Assembly (NCBI RefSeq): GCF_963506605.1
Contig: NC_083277.1
Coordinates: 56,792,001 to 56,856,000 of the forward strand
DNA: 64,000 nt
Origin: Zootoca vivipara
Taxonomy: Eukaryota
Reading direction: 5' to 3'
The notes under the pieces: model-generated
The model's input: the letters and a program-made list of their open reading frames with translations, nothing else
The model's database searches: none
Told to the model about the DNA's origin: nothing
Shown here: one piece after another, positions 12,101-25,000 of the stretch
Numbering within the stretch: position 1 is the first letter of the stretch
Layout: every line of letters starts with the position of its first letter
Made by a program: the position numbers and the translations under genes

Positions 12101-15100
12101 CAAGTACATATCCATCCTCTGCAGGTTGGATAGAACAGGCAGCAGAATAGGCAGCTTGTTGTACTTTGCAGTGGAACTGGCTGGCAGGTTCAGGCTTCTG
12201 ATACTCCTGCATTTGTAAGCAAGAAACAGAGACCTTCCTGGCACATCTCAATGGCTAAGCAGTGCCAAGGCACAATGTAGAGATACAACTATCGGTTCCA
12301 ATACACCATGCAAATAACATTTGCACTTCCATCTCCTCAAACCCCTGTACCTGACATAGTTCCTCCGCCACTCCCAGCATCCCTTGTTGGTAGAGGTGCT
12401 CTATGATGGCCAACACCAGGATCTGCTTCTCTTGAGACTCCCAGACCATAGCAGGAACAATGCCACACAAATCAGCATCAAAATGCTGGAACAGAACAAG
12501 GAGTCAGTCATTCACAAGCACTAAAGAAAGCCCCATACCAAGTAGTATTCCAAATCCCAGAACAATAAGTGGCTTTCCATCAGCACTGAGTATAATACTA
12601 GCTGCCATCCCATATCACTATGAATTTGGCAGTAGCTACAGACAAGTAGAGAAGTATATTGAAGTTTTGGATATAGTAAGGTAAAGGGAACCCTGACCAT
12701 TAGATCCAGTCGTGACAGACTCTGGGGTTGCGGCGCTCCTCTCACATTATTGGCCGAGGGAGCTGGCATACAGCTTCCAGGTCATGTGGCCAGCATGACA
12801 AAGCCGCTTCTGGCGAACCAGAGCAGCACACGGAAACGCTGTTTACCTTCCCGCTATTTATCTACTTGCACTTTGACGTGCTTTCGAACTGCTAGGTTGG
12901 CAGGAGCTGGGACCGAGCAATGGGAGCTCACCCCATCACGGGGATTCGAACCGCCGACCTTCTGATCGGCAAGCCCTAGGCAGCCATATTGTACCCCATG
13001 CAAGTCTTTTTGCAAATTCAGGGGCATTCTTGTCAGTAACTTGTTTCCAGTAATTTAAACAGCCTGAGGGAAAAGACGACAAGCAACAGAGCTTAGGAAC
13101 CTCAATAAAGCTTGTAGATATGGATGCGGCCCTCAACCCAATTTCATTCTGGTGGCAAGGCGAAAAAGGAAGTGTCCTGCCCAGCACAATCATCATGTAG
13201 CTACCCCACAGACTATCCTTGAGGAAACTATCAACAGAAAAAGCCCTACTCTTGTTGTTTATGAACATCATCAACCCAGAACTGAGGCTGAATTCAGAGC
13301 AAGGAATTGGATAGGTAGAAAGGGCTTGTTGTACACTGGAGAAATGTGGATGCTCTTGATTTAACAGCAAAAGGAAAGCACATGGGTTAAGTCTTCCTCT
13401 CCATAGATACTGGTGGGGAGGCGCCTTAGGCCCAATCCTCAGTTGAGACAGAAGAACTTCCTTCAGTTTCTTAAATGATATATCAGACAACAGCTGAATT
13501 ACAGTACTGTACTGGTTTCAACTCCAAAAACTTATTCATGATCTGGGCTTCCCACAGTACTTGCCAATAGTTTTTCAGCTTTGAGTTTAAAAAGAGGGTA
13601 TAGTCATTTGATGGAACTTATGCATGTTGGAAAGTAAGGTGGGGTGCCATCCTGGCAACTGCAGAGAGATCACATTATCATGGCATGAACAGAGTTTGCA
13701 ATGGTTTCTAGTCATGTTCACTATCAAGGCTTAAATAATATCCCTTTCCTTGGCAGTAGTCAAGGAAATTCTAACAAGATTCAACTCTGATTCTTCTGCT
13801 TAATGCCCCCCCCCGTGTTTTCACTCCTAGCCCCGCAAAAACTAAACTAAACTATGTCTGTTAAGAAAAAGAAAAAACAGGAGCCACCCTTGTTTAGCTA
13901 ATACAAAGCACATGTGTGTTTACTAGAACTACAGAACTTTGGACAATCTAATATTCTTTTATGTAGAATTCTAGCTTTCGGTGTTAACACAGAGGAAAGA
14001 CACTGGTTCTGCAGGCTGGAAAAAAAGGGAGACATTTGTAGGCCTGGGTAAAATCAGGCAGTGTGAATGCAGTCAAAGCACAATATAGGAGAGAAGATGC
14101 ATACTGCACTAATCCATAAAAGACCCATGTTTCAATAATGAGCTCTATATAGGGTGATGGAGCACATGCAAGAAAAACATTTGCTCTCAAAACTCATCAA
14201 GTTTTCAGTTTTAAATGGTTGGGTGCCCACCTTGCTCCTGAAACCTACTCACCCTATCGATTGCTTTGCCCACACGAGAGATACTGCTGTGAATGTCCTT
14301 GTGGTCTGAAGCTAGGTTCTGCACTGTGTCTTTGATCTTCTTACAGCATTGGGACATAACCAGGGAGAGAGTAGCAGACAGTGGCGTTCGTTGCAAGGCT
14401 GCAGGAGAAGCAGCAATTATATCTTAGTGTGGGTGCGAGTACAAGAGTATACAGGTAACTCGCATCTTACCCTTATTTTACTTACACGATTGCAGCTGTG
14501 TGCCAGGGGGTGGTGGTGGTATAAAAAAAGTAGTATAAAGAGCAACAATTGGGAAACACTTGCCTGCAAGCAGTCCAACTGGAGAACAGCCTTTACCAAA
14601 GGTGTTATGGGCTTTGAAGACACTCAAACTCAGGACGCAAGGGAGAAACGTGCTAAGAGGAAGGCACGCTTGGTAAATCCACACCGTGATCAACTCCCGC
14701 CCGGAATCCAATGTCCCCACTGTGGAAGGATGTGTGGATCCAGCACTGGCCTCCATAGTCACTTATGGACTCATTGTTAAAACAGTGTTTATAGAAGACA
14801 ATCTTACTCGGCTATGAGTGATCGCCAAGGAAGAAGAATGATTAAATACATGGATAGCAGGGGAAACCCTCTCTCGTTTATTTATTCTCCACCCACCTGC
14901 ACAAGGCTGTGATCACCGACTTACCTGGCTTTGGGAAGGCAGTGCTAGGGCTCTGGCAACATCCTGGAGCCCTCACGCCCAAAGCTGACCAGTTCCCAGT
15001 TTTGCACATTTTTGCATTTACATGTGGACTCCCAGAACTGAACCATCATGTAAGATGCAAGTTACATGTAGTCTATAGAGCAAGACTTCCTCATTGCTTA

Positions 15101-18008
15101 CAAATTTGATCCGGAACAGGTAGGAATTAACAGAAGCCAACAGTTTCCCCCCCAGATCTTAGTCTTGGGAGAAATTTATGTTCACCAGTAAGAGAATGAA
15201 CAGATTATGGGGCTATGGGTGGGTGGGATCTTAATTTTATCTATTTATTATTACATCTATCCCACTTTTCTTCCAAGGAACTCAAGGTGACATATGTAAT
15301 TCTCCCTCTTTCCTTTTTATCCTCACAACAACACTATGAGGTAGGATAAGCTGAGATAGTGACCAGCTCAAGGTCATCCAATGAGCTTTCATGGTCACAT
15401 AGGGATTTAAATACTGGTCTCCCAAGTCCTAGTCCAGCACTCTAACCATGACACCACATTGGCTTTTCTCACTGCTTCTAGAACAGGAACACTCAAAACC
15501 AATTCTAGGAATCTTGCTGCTTTCAAATAGATGATAATATAAATTACGGAATAATATGCTCCAAGAAAACAGGAGAACATTCTATAACGGGTTAGGCAAC
15601 TTAAGGCCTGGGGGCCGCATGCACAGCTGAAAAAGGTTGCTGACCCCTGTTCTATAAAAGCAAAACACACATTCAACCTTTTCACTAATCTATTAATAAC
15701 ATAAACAATAGCTTTCATTTGTTAACACAATCTTTGTTGTGCCAATTTATCATCATTAGTCTTAGAGAAAACCTTGGTTCTGAGTCCTAAAGAAACAACT
15801 TTACTGATAAATTCTGGTTCAGCAAACTCAAACCTGAAGGAGCGTCTCCACCCCCATCGTTCTGCCCAGACACTGAGGTCCAGTACCGAGGGCCTTCTGG
15901 CGGTTCCCTCGTTGCGAGAAGCCAAGTTGCAGGGAACCAGGCAGAGGTCCTTCTCAGTAGGGGCGCCCGCCCTGTGGAACGCCCTCCCATCAGATGTCAA
16001 AGAGAAAGACAGCTACCAGATTTTTAGAAGACATCTGAATGCAGCCCTGTTTAGGGAGGCTTTTAATGTTTAATAGAATATTTTATTTCATTTTTCTGTT
16101 GGAAGCCGCCCAGAGTGGCTGGGGTAACCCAGCCAGATAGGCGGGGTATAAATAATAAATTATTATCATGCCAAAATTTTCTTTTTGTCAGAGATTTCCT
16201 CGAAGTTTCAATGTACTGATAGTCTGCCAGAGACACTGTTCCAGCAAACAAAGATGTAGAGGTTGAGGTTGTAAACATCAACTTCCCTACCAAGATGGAT
16301 CACAGTCTACCAGTACTGTCATTCCTGGAGATATTTCAGTACATCCTCCTCCACAGGTACTTCAGATTTGTGGGAAATTTGTATCTTCAGGTCAATAGCA
16401 CTACCATTGATACCTGAACAACTCCACATTATGCCAACATATACAATATTTATGGCTGTCTTTGATCAACCATTCTTTGGCTTCTGTTTCAAAAGGTTCA
16501 AGGACTTCAAGACAGTACAGTGATACCTTGGTTTACGAACAGTCTTGTTCACGAACTATTCAGTTTATGAACGCCACAAAACCAGAAGTAGTGTTCCAGT
16601 TTGTGAACTTTACCTCAGTCTATGAATGGAAGCCAAACGGTGGAAAGGCACCGGCGGCGAGAGACCTCATTAGGGAAAGCACACCTCGGTTGAAGAACGG
16701 ATTTGGTTTAAGAACAGACTTCAGGAACAGATTAAGTTTGTAAACCGAGGTACCACTGTAACCTGTTCCACGACTGGTCCAGAGTCGACTCAGGCTGATG
16801 ACAGGGTAAGAAGTTAGAAATGTGTTAGACAGTGTAGCAACAGAATGGACAATACAAGTCCTATCTTAACTCAGAAACATGCTGACCACTTCCTTTAGGA
16901 AGCACACAAGCTTCCAGCTACCACAAGGAGCACACCACATGCTCCACTGTCGGTAACTCAAGCTTACAATACAACCAGATTTGTTCCGGTTCCTTGGACA
17001 GGGACTCACAACTAATTCATTTGTAAAATGACTGAAGCAAATGATGCACCCTGTACATTAGTTACATTTCATTGCCTTTGGGGCTCCAGGGCAGGGCCGT
17101 CTTAAGCGCCCCTCGCGCCATGGTGCGCCGGATCTCTCCAGCGCCCTCCCACCCCGTTTCCCAGCGCGGTGGGCGGGTGGGCGCTGTGCGCTGTGCGGCA
17201 GGCAAGCGGGCAGGCACAGTGCGATCTCTCCGGAGCCCTCCCGCCCCGTTCCCCAGCGCGGTGGGCGGGTGGGCGCAGCGTGCAGCTGCGCGGCAGACTG
17301 GCCGGCCAGCGGGCGGGCGCAGCTCGCGGCGCCCTCCTGGCAGGCCGGCGCCATGGTGCCCTGCGCCACCCAGCCTGCACGTAGGGCCGGCCCTGCTCCA
17401 GGGATTACAAATTCCCTCCCACCCACCCACATTATATATCTGCCAGCTGAGAATAACACTTCACACATCTGATGCATCTAAAAAGAAAAGAAGAAGCCCT
17501 GCCACAATATCAAGTTAGCCTACCTTGTTTTTACCCCCAAAGTGTCCACATGAAACTAGCCACTCTTAAACCCAAACTGGGCGACCTTGGCCCAGCCACT
17601 CCCTTTCAGCCTAAGCTCTACCTCACAGGGTTGTCGTTGTGAAGGACAAAACAGGTCTCTCGGAAGAACGGGGTATAAATGTAATAAATAAAGTGGGTGG
17701 ATCATTCTGTGCTCGGTGAGGGTTATATTTTCGAACTAATGAGGACACTCGAGAAGCCGCCAGCTGTAGCCTCTCCCGCCGCCGTCCTCGACCCACCCGC
17801 CCTTCCTTCCTCGCTCCCTCAGAGGCAGGAGCAGACTGGCCACCGCCAGACGGAGGCCCCCGCGCGTACCTGCAGCGCCCAGCTCCTCCCTCAGTTGGCT
17901 GACGTAGCGCAGCAGCTCCTCCAGACCTCGCTCGCAGTGCTGGCCATAGCACAGGAACTTCTGCAGCACTTTGTCCAGCTCCCTCTCCACGCAGGCGCAG
18001 CGCTCCAT
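9115..18008 (-). CDS. RMND5B: E3 ubiquitin-protein transferase RMND5B (CTLH/GID complex RING subunit), 391 aa
   Basis: Coding exons 18008-17870, 14398-14253, 12485-12351, 12032-11932, 11516-11350, 11059-10894, 10816-10714, 10586-10432 and 9178-9115 (1176 nt, in frame, GT-AG). Protein [18 protein letters not shown]..., LisH/CTLH/CRA segments ([14 protein letters not shown]) and a C-terminal degenerate RING ([11 protein letters not shown]...[10 protein letters not shown]...LKCPYCP). Position between NHP2 and N4BP3 fits paralog B. Confidence 0.95.
9229..9919 (+). mobile_element. 5'-truncated L1-clade LINE (ORF2 C-terminus and 3'UTR)
   Basis: Perfect 15-bp TSD TAGAATTCTCATTGG (9214-9228 / 9920-9934). 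Translation [21 protein letters not shown]...WEKF..Y resembles non-mammalian L1 ORF2 ends. T/G-rich 3'UTR, AATAAA and A-rich tail. Confidence 0.85.
12678..12981 (-). mobile_element. Sauria SINE (5'-truncated)
   Basis: AAGGTAAAGGG...GGGGTTGCGGCGCTC...CATGTGGCCAGCATGAC...GGGATTCGAACCGCCGACCTTCTGATCGGCAAGCCCTAGG; reverse complement of the copy at 6364-6691. Confidence 0.9.
14521..14838 (+). mobile_element. RTE-clade LINE 3' fragment with C-terminal C2H2 zinc finger
   Basis: Translation [23 protein letters not shown]...[10 protein letters not shown]...[21 protein letters not shown] followed by a short UTR and (GAA)n tail, typical of RTE ORF ends. Confidence 0.75.
15830..16167 (+). mobile_element. 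L2-clade LINE 3' fragment
   Basis: [23 protein letters not shown]...[18 protein letters not shown]...F motif, then a 3'UTR ending GGCGGGGTATAAATAATAAATTATTAT. Confidence 0.8.
16518..16758. mobile_element. Tc1/mariner (Tigger-like) MITE
   Basis: TIRs CAGTGATACCTTGGTTTAC / GTAAACCGAGGTACCACTG, flanked by TA on both sides. Confidence 0.85.
17092..17395 (+). mobile_element. GC/CpG-rich hAT-type MITE
   Basis: TIR CAGGGCCG...CGGCCCTG and perfect 8-bp TSD CTCCAGGG (17084-17091 / 17396-17403). Contains an internal ~90-bp tandem duplication. A second copy is inverted at 39322-39546. Confidence 0.85.
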
Positions 18009-18580
18009 CGCCCCGGCCTTGCCTCTGCCGCGCGCGCCCTGGAAGAGGCAGGACAAGAGCGTCCAGTCAGTCACTGGCCCGGCGCGGCCATAAAGACCTG
18101 AGGCAAAGGGGAGAAGGTGTCAGGGAGGAAGAGGGGGAACGGAAAGGAAGCCCCCCACCCACCCCTGGCCTCCCTAACCGCTTGGTACTGGCCGCTCTTA
18201 ACGGGAAAGGTACTGTGGCAGCCCCTTATGGGCTGGGAGTGTGTATTTCACGGCCCGGAGCGTTCAAGCTGGGATTGGGAAGGTGAGGGACGCCATAGGC
18301 TTTAACCCGTCTCAGACACTCTCTGGGCGAGACTAGACCACCGTACGGTGGGGGTGGAGAACACACGCACACCCCTTATATTACAGTGGCACATTCCTTT
18401 TTTTTGTCGGTGTGAGGACTGGACGGAACCATTTCCAGGGACAGCCGGGGTGGGGAAGGGGAAAAGAGAACAGCTAACCTGAGAGTCGCGGAATGAGACG
18501 TCAATCTTCTCCGGAACGGAACAACAGAATAATAATTGCGTATCAAGCCGCCTCCTTCCCTGGTGCGGTCCTATATAGGC
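17750..18580 (-). promoter_or_regulatory. RMND5B CpG island, promoter and probable 5' non-coding exon
   Basis: CpG-rich region around the ATG exon (acceptor at 18039-18040), with a candidate upstream donor CAG|GTTAGC at ~18478. Confidence 0.6.
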
Positions 18581-21500
18581 ATAACTGCTAAAGTTCTCTA
18601 ATGATGGATCAAACCATCCTCATTTTCGGATAGGGTGTGCCTGGAATGAACCATCAACGGGCAACAGCTGGGTGGAACGGACCATTCTTGGCTCGGATGA
18701 TATGCAGTGCAGGACTGGAATGAACCATTTTTAGAGCTAATCAGGACCCACTTTTAGTTTGAAAGCCCAACGAAGTGTTTCTACAGTGACAGATCAGGCA
18801 GAGGCTTGTCGGTTTGTGAAAAGTAGCTCATTATGTAAAAAGGTAACTATTAAGAACGACCTGGCCGCTTTAGTGCTCCAACTGGTGACACAGCCCTGGC
18901 ATGTTTTACTATGGGTTTTTTGAAGCATTTCTGTTAATTATTCAACTCAAGGTGTCAGAGATGGTACAAACCTTTAATATTTGCTCAAGGAGCATGTCTA
19001 CATAAATATTCCTTTGATTGCTGTAGTGCATTCTGCATGGGGCTGCCCTTGAAACTTCACCTGATACAAAATGCAGGTAGCCTGTTGGTTTATCTAGAGC
19101 CATATAAGCCCAATTCTGGGAGAGCTGTGGTGTCATCCAGTTACATCTCCAACTTAAATTCAATGTATTGGTTTTTACCTTTACTGTGCAACCCTATAAA
19201 CATCTACTCAGTAGTAAGTCCCATTGAGTTAAATGGGACTTACTTCCATTGGGGCAAGAAGGGAAAATAAAAAGTACCTCTGCTTTCCATTACCAATGGT
19301 ACATTCCTTTATTGGTGGGTATGAGGGCTTAACAACTCATTTCCTATATATTTATTCTTCAATCTAGAGGCAAATTAGCAGTGGTCCTTTGCCTTTTGGA
19401 AAACACTGGACTGCAGTCCGTTCAACTTTTATGAAATGCACATGGTATCTCATTGCTCTTCTGAGGTTTTCAACTGGGGCATTACATTGAAAACAAAGAG
19501 CAACATGTCCCAGACATTTTATTTTCCTTATGTGTGCATTTCTTTTTCAATCACACCTTGATTAAAATTTGATAAAACAGCTAAACACCCAGCTCATGCA
19601 CAACAATTTGGCCATTGCTTATGCAGATGAATTGTGCTACCGTATGTGTCCACAATGCTAGTACAGTAGACTTGCAGTGGAGCATGAGTACCTGTTTGGG
19701 TCCCTCAGTGTTGACAGGCAGTCCACTTTATGGACAGAAGCTACAGCAGCTGAAAAACATGACCTAGTCTACAGAAAACCTCTGACCTTGGCTTGTAACA
19801 AAAATGTAGTGTCCACATCTTTGCTGGATATAAACCACAAAAGTGGGAAAGGATTGTTGAGCAATGTTCACCTACAGGTTCGGGAAATGAAATATCAGAA
19901 CTGACACTAAGGAACGATCCCACCAGTGAAAAACACCAAAGTGAACAGTACATGCTTGCGAGGCTGTCTTGTGTCCAGCTGTAGTGGGAAGAAATGTAAA
20001 GTGGAGTGGCACACTTGTCTCCAAGTAGGAAAAGCTGTAGAGACCAGGTTTCTGGGCTGGGGGCCAAGAAGGAAACACTGCTGTCATAGACCTTTGGAAG
20101 AAACACATGTCAAGCGCAGGATGGCTGGAGGGGCCAGGACGTCTGAGCTTTCCAAGTGTTTTTGGATTTGAGCTGTAGCACCGCAGACTTCTTTGTATCA
20201 GTGACACCTGCCCGAGCCCCATCGCCTTCCAGGGAATGAATCAGTCCTGTGGAATTCAGGAAACTGGTTTGTCGAGCAGCTCTAGAAGGCAAGCACCACT
20301 GCTCCCTGTGACGCCTCAACTCTTCCCTGTGGCATCTGAGCTAGCAGCTTGGTTTCTGGCTTTGCTGCCAAGTTTTGGTGCCGCCCTCTCCTGGGTTGCT
20401 CCTCAACTCTGCACAGCTCTAATTGATGGGTGGAAACCTGCTTTGGGGATTTTGGATGAGGCGCCAACAGAGCACTGGACTGGTGTGGGCACAGTGAAAC
20501 AAACAAGGGATTTCAACAGCCGGCTGTCCGACAAGAAAAACAAGCCAAGCCTTTGCAGTTTCCTGGGACCAGGGAAATCCAATTCAACTGGAATTGTAGG
20601 AAGCACGTTCCCTATCCAGGCCTAGGATTTTTTTATGCAGCCTGATGTTCTTATCCAATCTATTTTGCAATTTCTTCATTAATTTCCATCCCACCATTCA
20701 CTAACCCAGGCCTTTGACTTTTGGCCTGTGGCTTGGACATGAGCCAATTACACATCATAGGTATCCAATAAATACATTAGATTTCTAGAAATGGCGGGGC
20801 CACAGTGAAGCTCAGCCAGTTTCTTAGGCTAATAAATTAAATTGCTTAGCTGCAGTATAATTTAGAGAAAGTTTTGCAGGGAAGGAAGCTGTGTTATATA
20901 CGACTGGATATTCCACACCCAGCACAATATTTGGTCATCAGATCTGTCAAATTCTCTACCAGCCAGCAGATAATTATTTTGTTTTTTGCTCTTGCTGGTT
21001 ATGCTGTACATTTCCTGAATTCAAATGGCTTGGGCATGCCAAACTCTCTGTGCTCACCTCACACTTTCCTTACCAGTACGGTGAGCAAACCCTGTTCTAA
21101 AGCAGAAAGAGAAGCTGCAGGATGCTAGAAACCACAATCAATCCTTTCTCCATCATCTCGGATTGCAGTCCGGATAAAGGATTATACTGACTTTCCCCCC
21201 CCTTGGATACAGAAAAATGCTTCAAGAAGATTCCCTCTTATCACCACCCCCTACCTACCCACCCACCCACCCACCTCCCTAACGAAGAAACACAGGGAAG
21301 AGAGTCATCTCCATTCTTGTCTTATGCATGGCCCCATTTCTTCTCGCTGCTCTAACTGGCCTAGGTAAGACTGCAAGAACTGGTTGTGGAGCAACGTAAG
21401 CATGTGTATTGAATTTTCATTACAGTATAAATGCCATGGTTGACAATAGCAGAAATGTTAGGGGATACTACAGTGGAAAGAGAAAGCAACAAACATGGAG

Positions 21501-22080
21501 CCAAAGATGTCAGGCAGATTTTTATTCCAGGAATTGCCAGGTAGAACTTCCATTTCAGGACTCATCACTCTGGCCCAGAACTTTCAAATCCAAAACTGGG
21601 GCACCCCTCAGTGGTGTGTGCCTTGTATTGTAAGCTTGCTCCGCCGCTGCTTCTCAGTGCAACAGGCCAAGTTTCAAGTTGTGAGGAGACACAGCCAAAG
21701 CTCCACAAAGGGCTCATTACTTGGTGGCACCATCCTTTGCACATTCTTCTTCAGACCTTTTCAAGAAGGGCCACAGCTCCCAATCGTGGCCGTTCACGTT
21801 CCACAATAACATGTGCCAGCGTGGGCACAAAGCAGGACACAATAGGAAAGCATTCTGCCCTCCAAGACAGGGAGGCAAAGGCCTACCTGGACGGACAGAA
21901 AATGCCAGGTGCAATGCTGGGATTCCATTCCATGGACAGCAGCAGTCTTCAGAATCCTCTATGGGCGAGATTAACCAGCCCTTTAGTTTAACCACTTCTT
22001 CTACCAAAACCCTAAGGTCCATGCTGCTGCGTGGTACCTCTCCCCTTTGTAATTCCAGCACAGAGCCCCTTGCATACTGT

Positions 22081-25000
22081 TCAGATCTTTGAGGACTCAA
22101 CTCTTTCAATCCAAGGTGGCTCTGAGCTGATACTTCTGGGCTCAGCTTGGAACTGCCGGAACTCACTTAGTTGCCTCTCCAGTGTCTGGTTCCGGTAGTA
22201 CATCTCCATATAGCCGGCCTGAATCTCCCGCTGATAGCGCAGGACTTTTTCCTTCTCCTTTTGCCAAGTTTTCCGCTCCTGCTCAAAGTTTGCAGCTTGC
22301 AGCTGGGCCTGGCGCCTCTCGCGCAGCAATTCTCCCCATAGCCACTCGGCGCTCTCGGCGCTCTCCCCCTGCATCCCCTGACTTTTAGAGTCATCTGTTT
22401 CACAACCCAAAAAGTCCTGGCATGCTTGCATGGGAGAGTCCCGTGGAGGAACGGGGGAGCTGCGCTCTGGCAAGGTTTGGAAAGAGTCCCCCAGCTGTGC
22501 CAGTTGTGAGTCCTTGGCTTGCAGCTCTGTTCGGACCTCCCGCAGCTGTGTTTTCAAGCTGAAGATTTCACCCAGTTTCTGGGCTATCTCCTCCTGGGCA
22601 TCTCGGAACTGCTGCTTGAGCAATGAAATCTCTGCAGTCTTCTGACAGACCTGTCAAAACAGTACATTAGGGTGAGAACAGGGGATAAGACTAGACAAAG
22701 AGAAGCAGTGAGTTGTTGAATCCTTGGTGCTGCAGCACAGCACAGGGAAAGGGTTGGAATATTTCCAAAGGACAATGCCATGCCCACGGCAAAGTCAACC
22801 AAGCAACAACAAAGACCAGAGGGAAAGGGAGATGTTGGGGGTTGTTCAGATAGGATTGTGAACATAAGGCTTTTCATCTGAAAACTTAGTTCTACAGCTT
22901 GGCAAGAGGGAAGCAGTAGCCACAAAAACTTTGCCAGCTGTCTAGTAAGAATTGATCTGCTTTGCAGAAACACCAGAGTTCAATAGAACTGGCAGCCATG
23001 AGCATGCTGAGGAGCAAAGAAGAGCCAGGATCGCAGTGGACCTTGGCACTGTGCTCTGTATGGGTTTTCCCCACTCACCTCCCACTGGGTCTCCTCCAAC
23101 TTGGGGCTCAGGCGCTCTGCCTGTTGCTGCTGCAGCCTCAGCTCCTCGCACTGCCTCTGCTGAAGGTCCAGCTCTTCTTGCAGCCGTTTCTTTTCCTGCT
23201 GAGCTTTGTAGAGCTGCAGCTGAAGTGCCCGTTGGCTGCGTTGGGCCTGTTGCATCACTTGCTGCAGCTTGGCTACATACATCTGCTTCAGTTCATCCAG
23301 CTCATCCATCCACAAGCGCTGTTTGTCCTCAAACATCTGTCAAAATGAGGGAAGATCATGGAGGGGTCTTACGTCAGCCCTTGAGATGACTGGCCAGATT
23401 CAGTTGGCAAATCAATGGCTTTTCTCAGTACAAAAGATATCACAATCCAGAAAGCTCAGGCTTTCTATGGAAGGCAAATCTATTCTACTCTAGGACTCAT
23501 TCTTTAAATGTCTCAGTTTAAGTCCATAGCATCACAAGGTAAAAGGCACAGCCAACACAGTACCTTGCAGATGTTGTTGGATTCCAAGCCCCCATCAACC
23601 CCAGTCAGCATGGCCAAGGAGTTGTAGTACGGAAACAGAGAGACCATATTGGTTACCTCTGAAAGGATCCAGATAGCAGAACTGGGGAAAGTCTACATCC
23701 TGAGATTCTGCCGCCAGTCTGTTTATAGACAGGACTGGTAAGAAGGGCTAGTACTAGCCTGCTTCAGAGTAAGTCAGCTCATTTATAATCAACTTGAATA
23801 TGTATGAGTATATAAACTTAAATTAACATACGTTATGATTCAGAAAAGGAGCAGCTTTCCAATATTCATGATGTGTAACTCCTTGGCACTTTCAGGATGG
23901 TAGAGCAAAACACAAACCCAATGACTGCAGAACTGCTAAGTCCTTCTGTCCCCAGAGTATAGCTTGACACTCAGTAAGACTGTATATTCCAAACAGAAGA
24001 TATGGATGGGCAGCAAAACCCTGCAATATTAACTGAGCAGTTCACTTTTTCACTCTATTGCGCTCTCTACATCATCAACAACAAAGAAGACTTTCAAAAC
24101 AAAACCAAGCAAAACAAAAGGGGCTATGAAGCACCATTTACAGTATATTCCTGCGTATAAGACTACTTTTTAACCCAGGAAAATCTTCTCAAATGTCAGG
24201 GGTCGTCTTATACGCCGGGTCGTATTTCTTATACAGTGAGTATATCCCAAACTCTATATTTTAACTGGAAAAGTTGGGGGTCGTCTTATACGCCCAGTCG
24301 TCTTATACGCCGGAATATATTGATAGCCTAGGGAGGCTAAGAATTGCTTCAAGGAAATCAAGCAGAAAAGTTTGCCCCCAAAAGCAGTTGTTTAATATAT
24401 TAGACCACACAAATTATTCACATAGGGACAATTGGGCAACTCACTTTTATGAGCATATTTACACAATTATTTTTAAACCCTGCCTGTAACACAATTTGGC
24501 CATTGTCTTTCACTGTGGGGAGTCCAGCACCCTTGAAATGGGTGTTGGGACCAATGTAAGATAAGATGTTTTTCAATGATCATATACATATAGTATATGA
24601 TCATTGAAGTGCCTGGCGTGCTCTGGTCCATGGGGTCACGAAGAGTCGGACACGACTAAATGACTAAACAACAACAAATTCATATAGTAAAATCAGACCA
24701 GGGAGAAAAATTGGAGCTCAGGTTCTCAGCTTTACAGTCTGCTCCACAGAGGAGATCCATCACCAACACGTATTTCAACATAACCCATTTCTGTGTGGAA
24801 AAGCTTCACCACAACGATTACATGCTCTGCTCCTTCCTTCCACTGGTACACAGGATACCTTCACACACATCTCCTATGTAAACTATTTTTTCCTTTTCCT
24901 CTAATTCTGTTATATACTTAATGAGGAATGTACAAGGAATTCTTTAATTAAATTTATATCGCACCCATTCTTTCAAAATAGCTCAGGACTAGATCAGTGG

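Noticed and set aside
17058-17518. Several overlapping 70-150 aa ORFs (also 39275-39685)
   Set aside because: Stop-poor frames caused by the GC-rich MITE, with no recognisable protein.
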